A stretch of 48,525 nucleotides of DNA, the filler included, from Ionaspis alba (taxonomy: Eukaryota): assembly GCA_964255285.1 (NCBI GenBank). It is 2 parts of 2 records of this genome, joined end to end, with 100 filler letters (N's around TTAATTAATTAA, not from the genome) between each part and the next. Parts side by side here need not be neighbours in the genome. Positions count along the whole stretch, not along the records: positions 24,340 to 48,525 come from CAXUUL010000175.1; 1 more part is not named here. One strand, given 5' to 3'. Positions 48,261 to 48,525 of the stretch are shown here, piece by piece. A model generated the notes under the pieces. The model ran no database searches and had not been told where the DNA came from. It saw only the letters and a list, made by a program, of their open reading frames with translations. Each line of letters opens with the position of its first letter. Position 1 is the first letter of the stretch. The translations under genes and the position numbers were made by a program.

Positions 48261-48525
48261 GGAGCGTAGGCCTGTGCTCCTTTGTTTGTCAGAGTTCTTA
48301 GACCGGTGTTCGTGAGGTCTGGCATCCTGGATTGTTTATGCGTACTAGTAGTCAGGGCTTTTCGTCACAGAGGGTCTTAATCTGAAAAGAGTTTACGTCT
48401 TGGCATTACAAAACGATGCCCCTTTTGCGAGGTTTTATTATTGTCTCTATCTCTGGTGCAGCACAACGGCATATACATAGTTAAAGTTTCATCTTAGAAC
48501 CCCAGGCGCGAGTGGTTTTGACCAG

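Noticed and set aside
1..48525. CRISPR arrays, tRNA/rRNA genes, intact transposons, PKS/NRPS backbone genes
   Set aside because: None seen by inspection; tRNAscan-SE and Infernal could not be run.

Overview
Eukaryotic DNA from a filamentous ascomycete (Pezizomycotina), shown by short GT-AG introns with CTRAC/CTRAY branch sites. It consists of three assembled pieces joined by two 100-bp gaps; the first gap carries an artificial TTAATTAATTAA spacer. The left part (1-24.2 kb) looks like core genome: mitochondrial Hsp70, a Gvp36-like BAR protein, an orphan ORF, a ~6.8 kb gene-poor tract, an Ndt80/PhoG-family transcription factor, a conserved Arg/Glu-rich protein, ARG2 and a beta-hydroxyacid dehydrogenase. 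The right part (24.3-48.5 kb) looks accessory and metabolic. It starts with an AT-rich, RIP-like eroded zone containing a PFA4 (DHHC) pseudogene fragment, an intact L-arabinitol/galactitol dehydrogenase-like gene and another stop-riddled relic. Next come a Baeyer-Villiger monooxygenase and two divergent epoxide hydrolases of different subfamilies. Last is a compact five-gene block: sugar porter, polyol SDR, Zn2Cys6 regulator, 6-phosphofructo-2-kinase (phosphatase half broken by a stop and a frameshift) and a dihydroxyacetone-synthase-type transketolase. That block is the best candidate for an uncharacterised polyol/rare-sugar catabolic gene cluster. Exon boundaries were read by eye and family calls come from motif recognition, not database searches.
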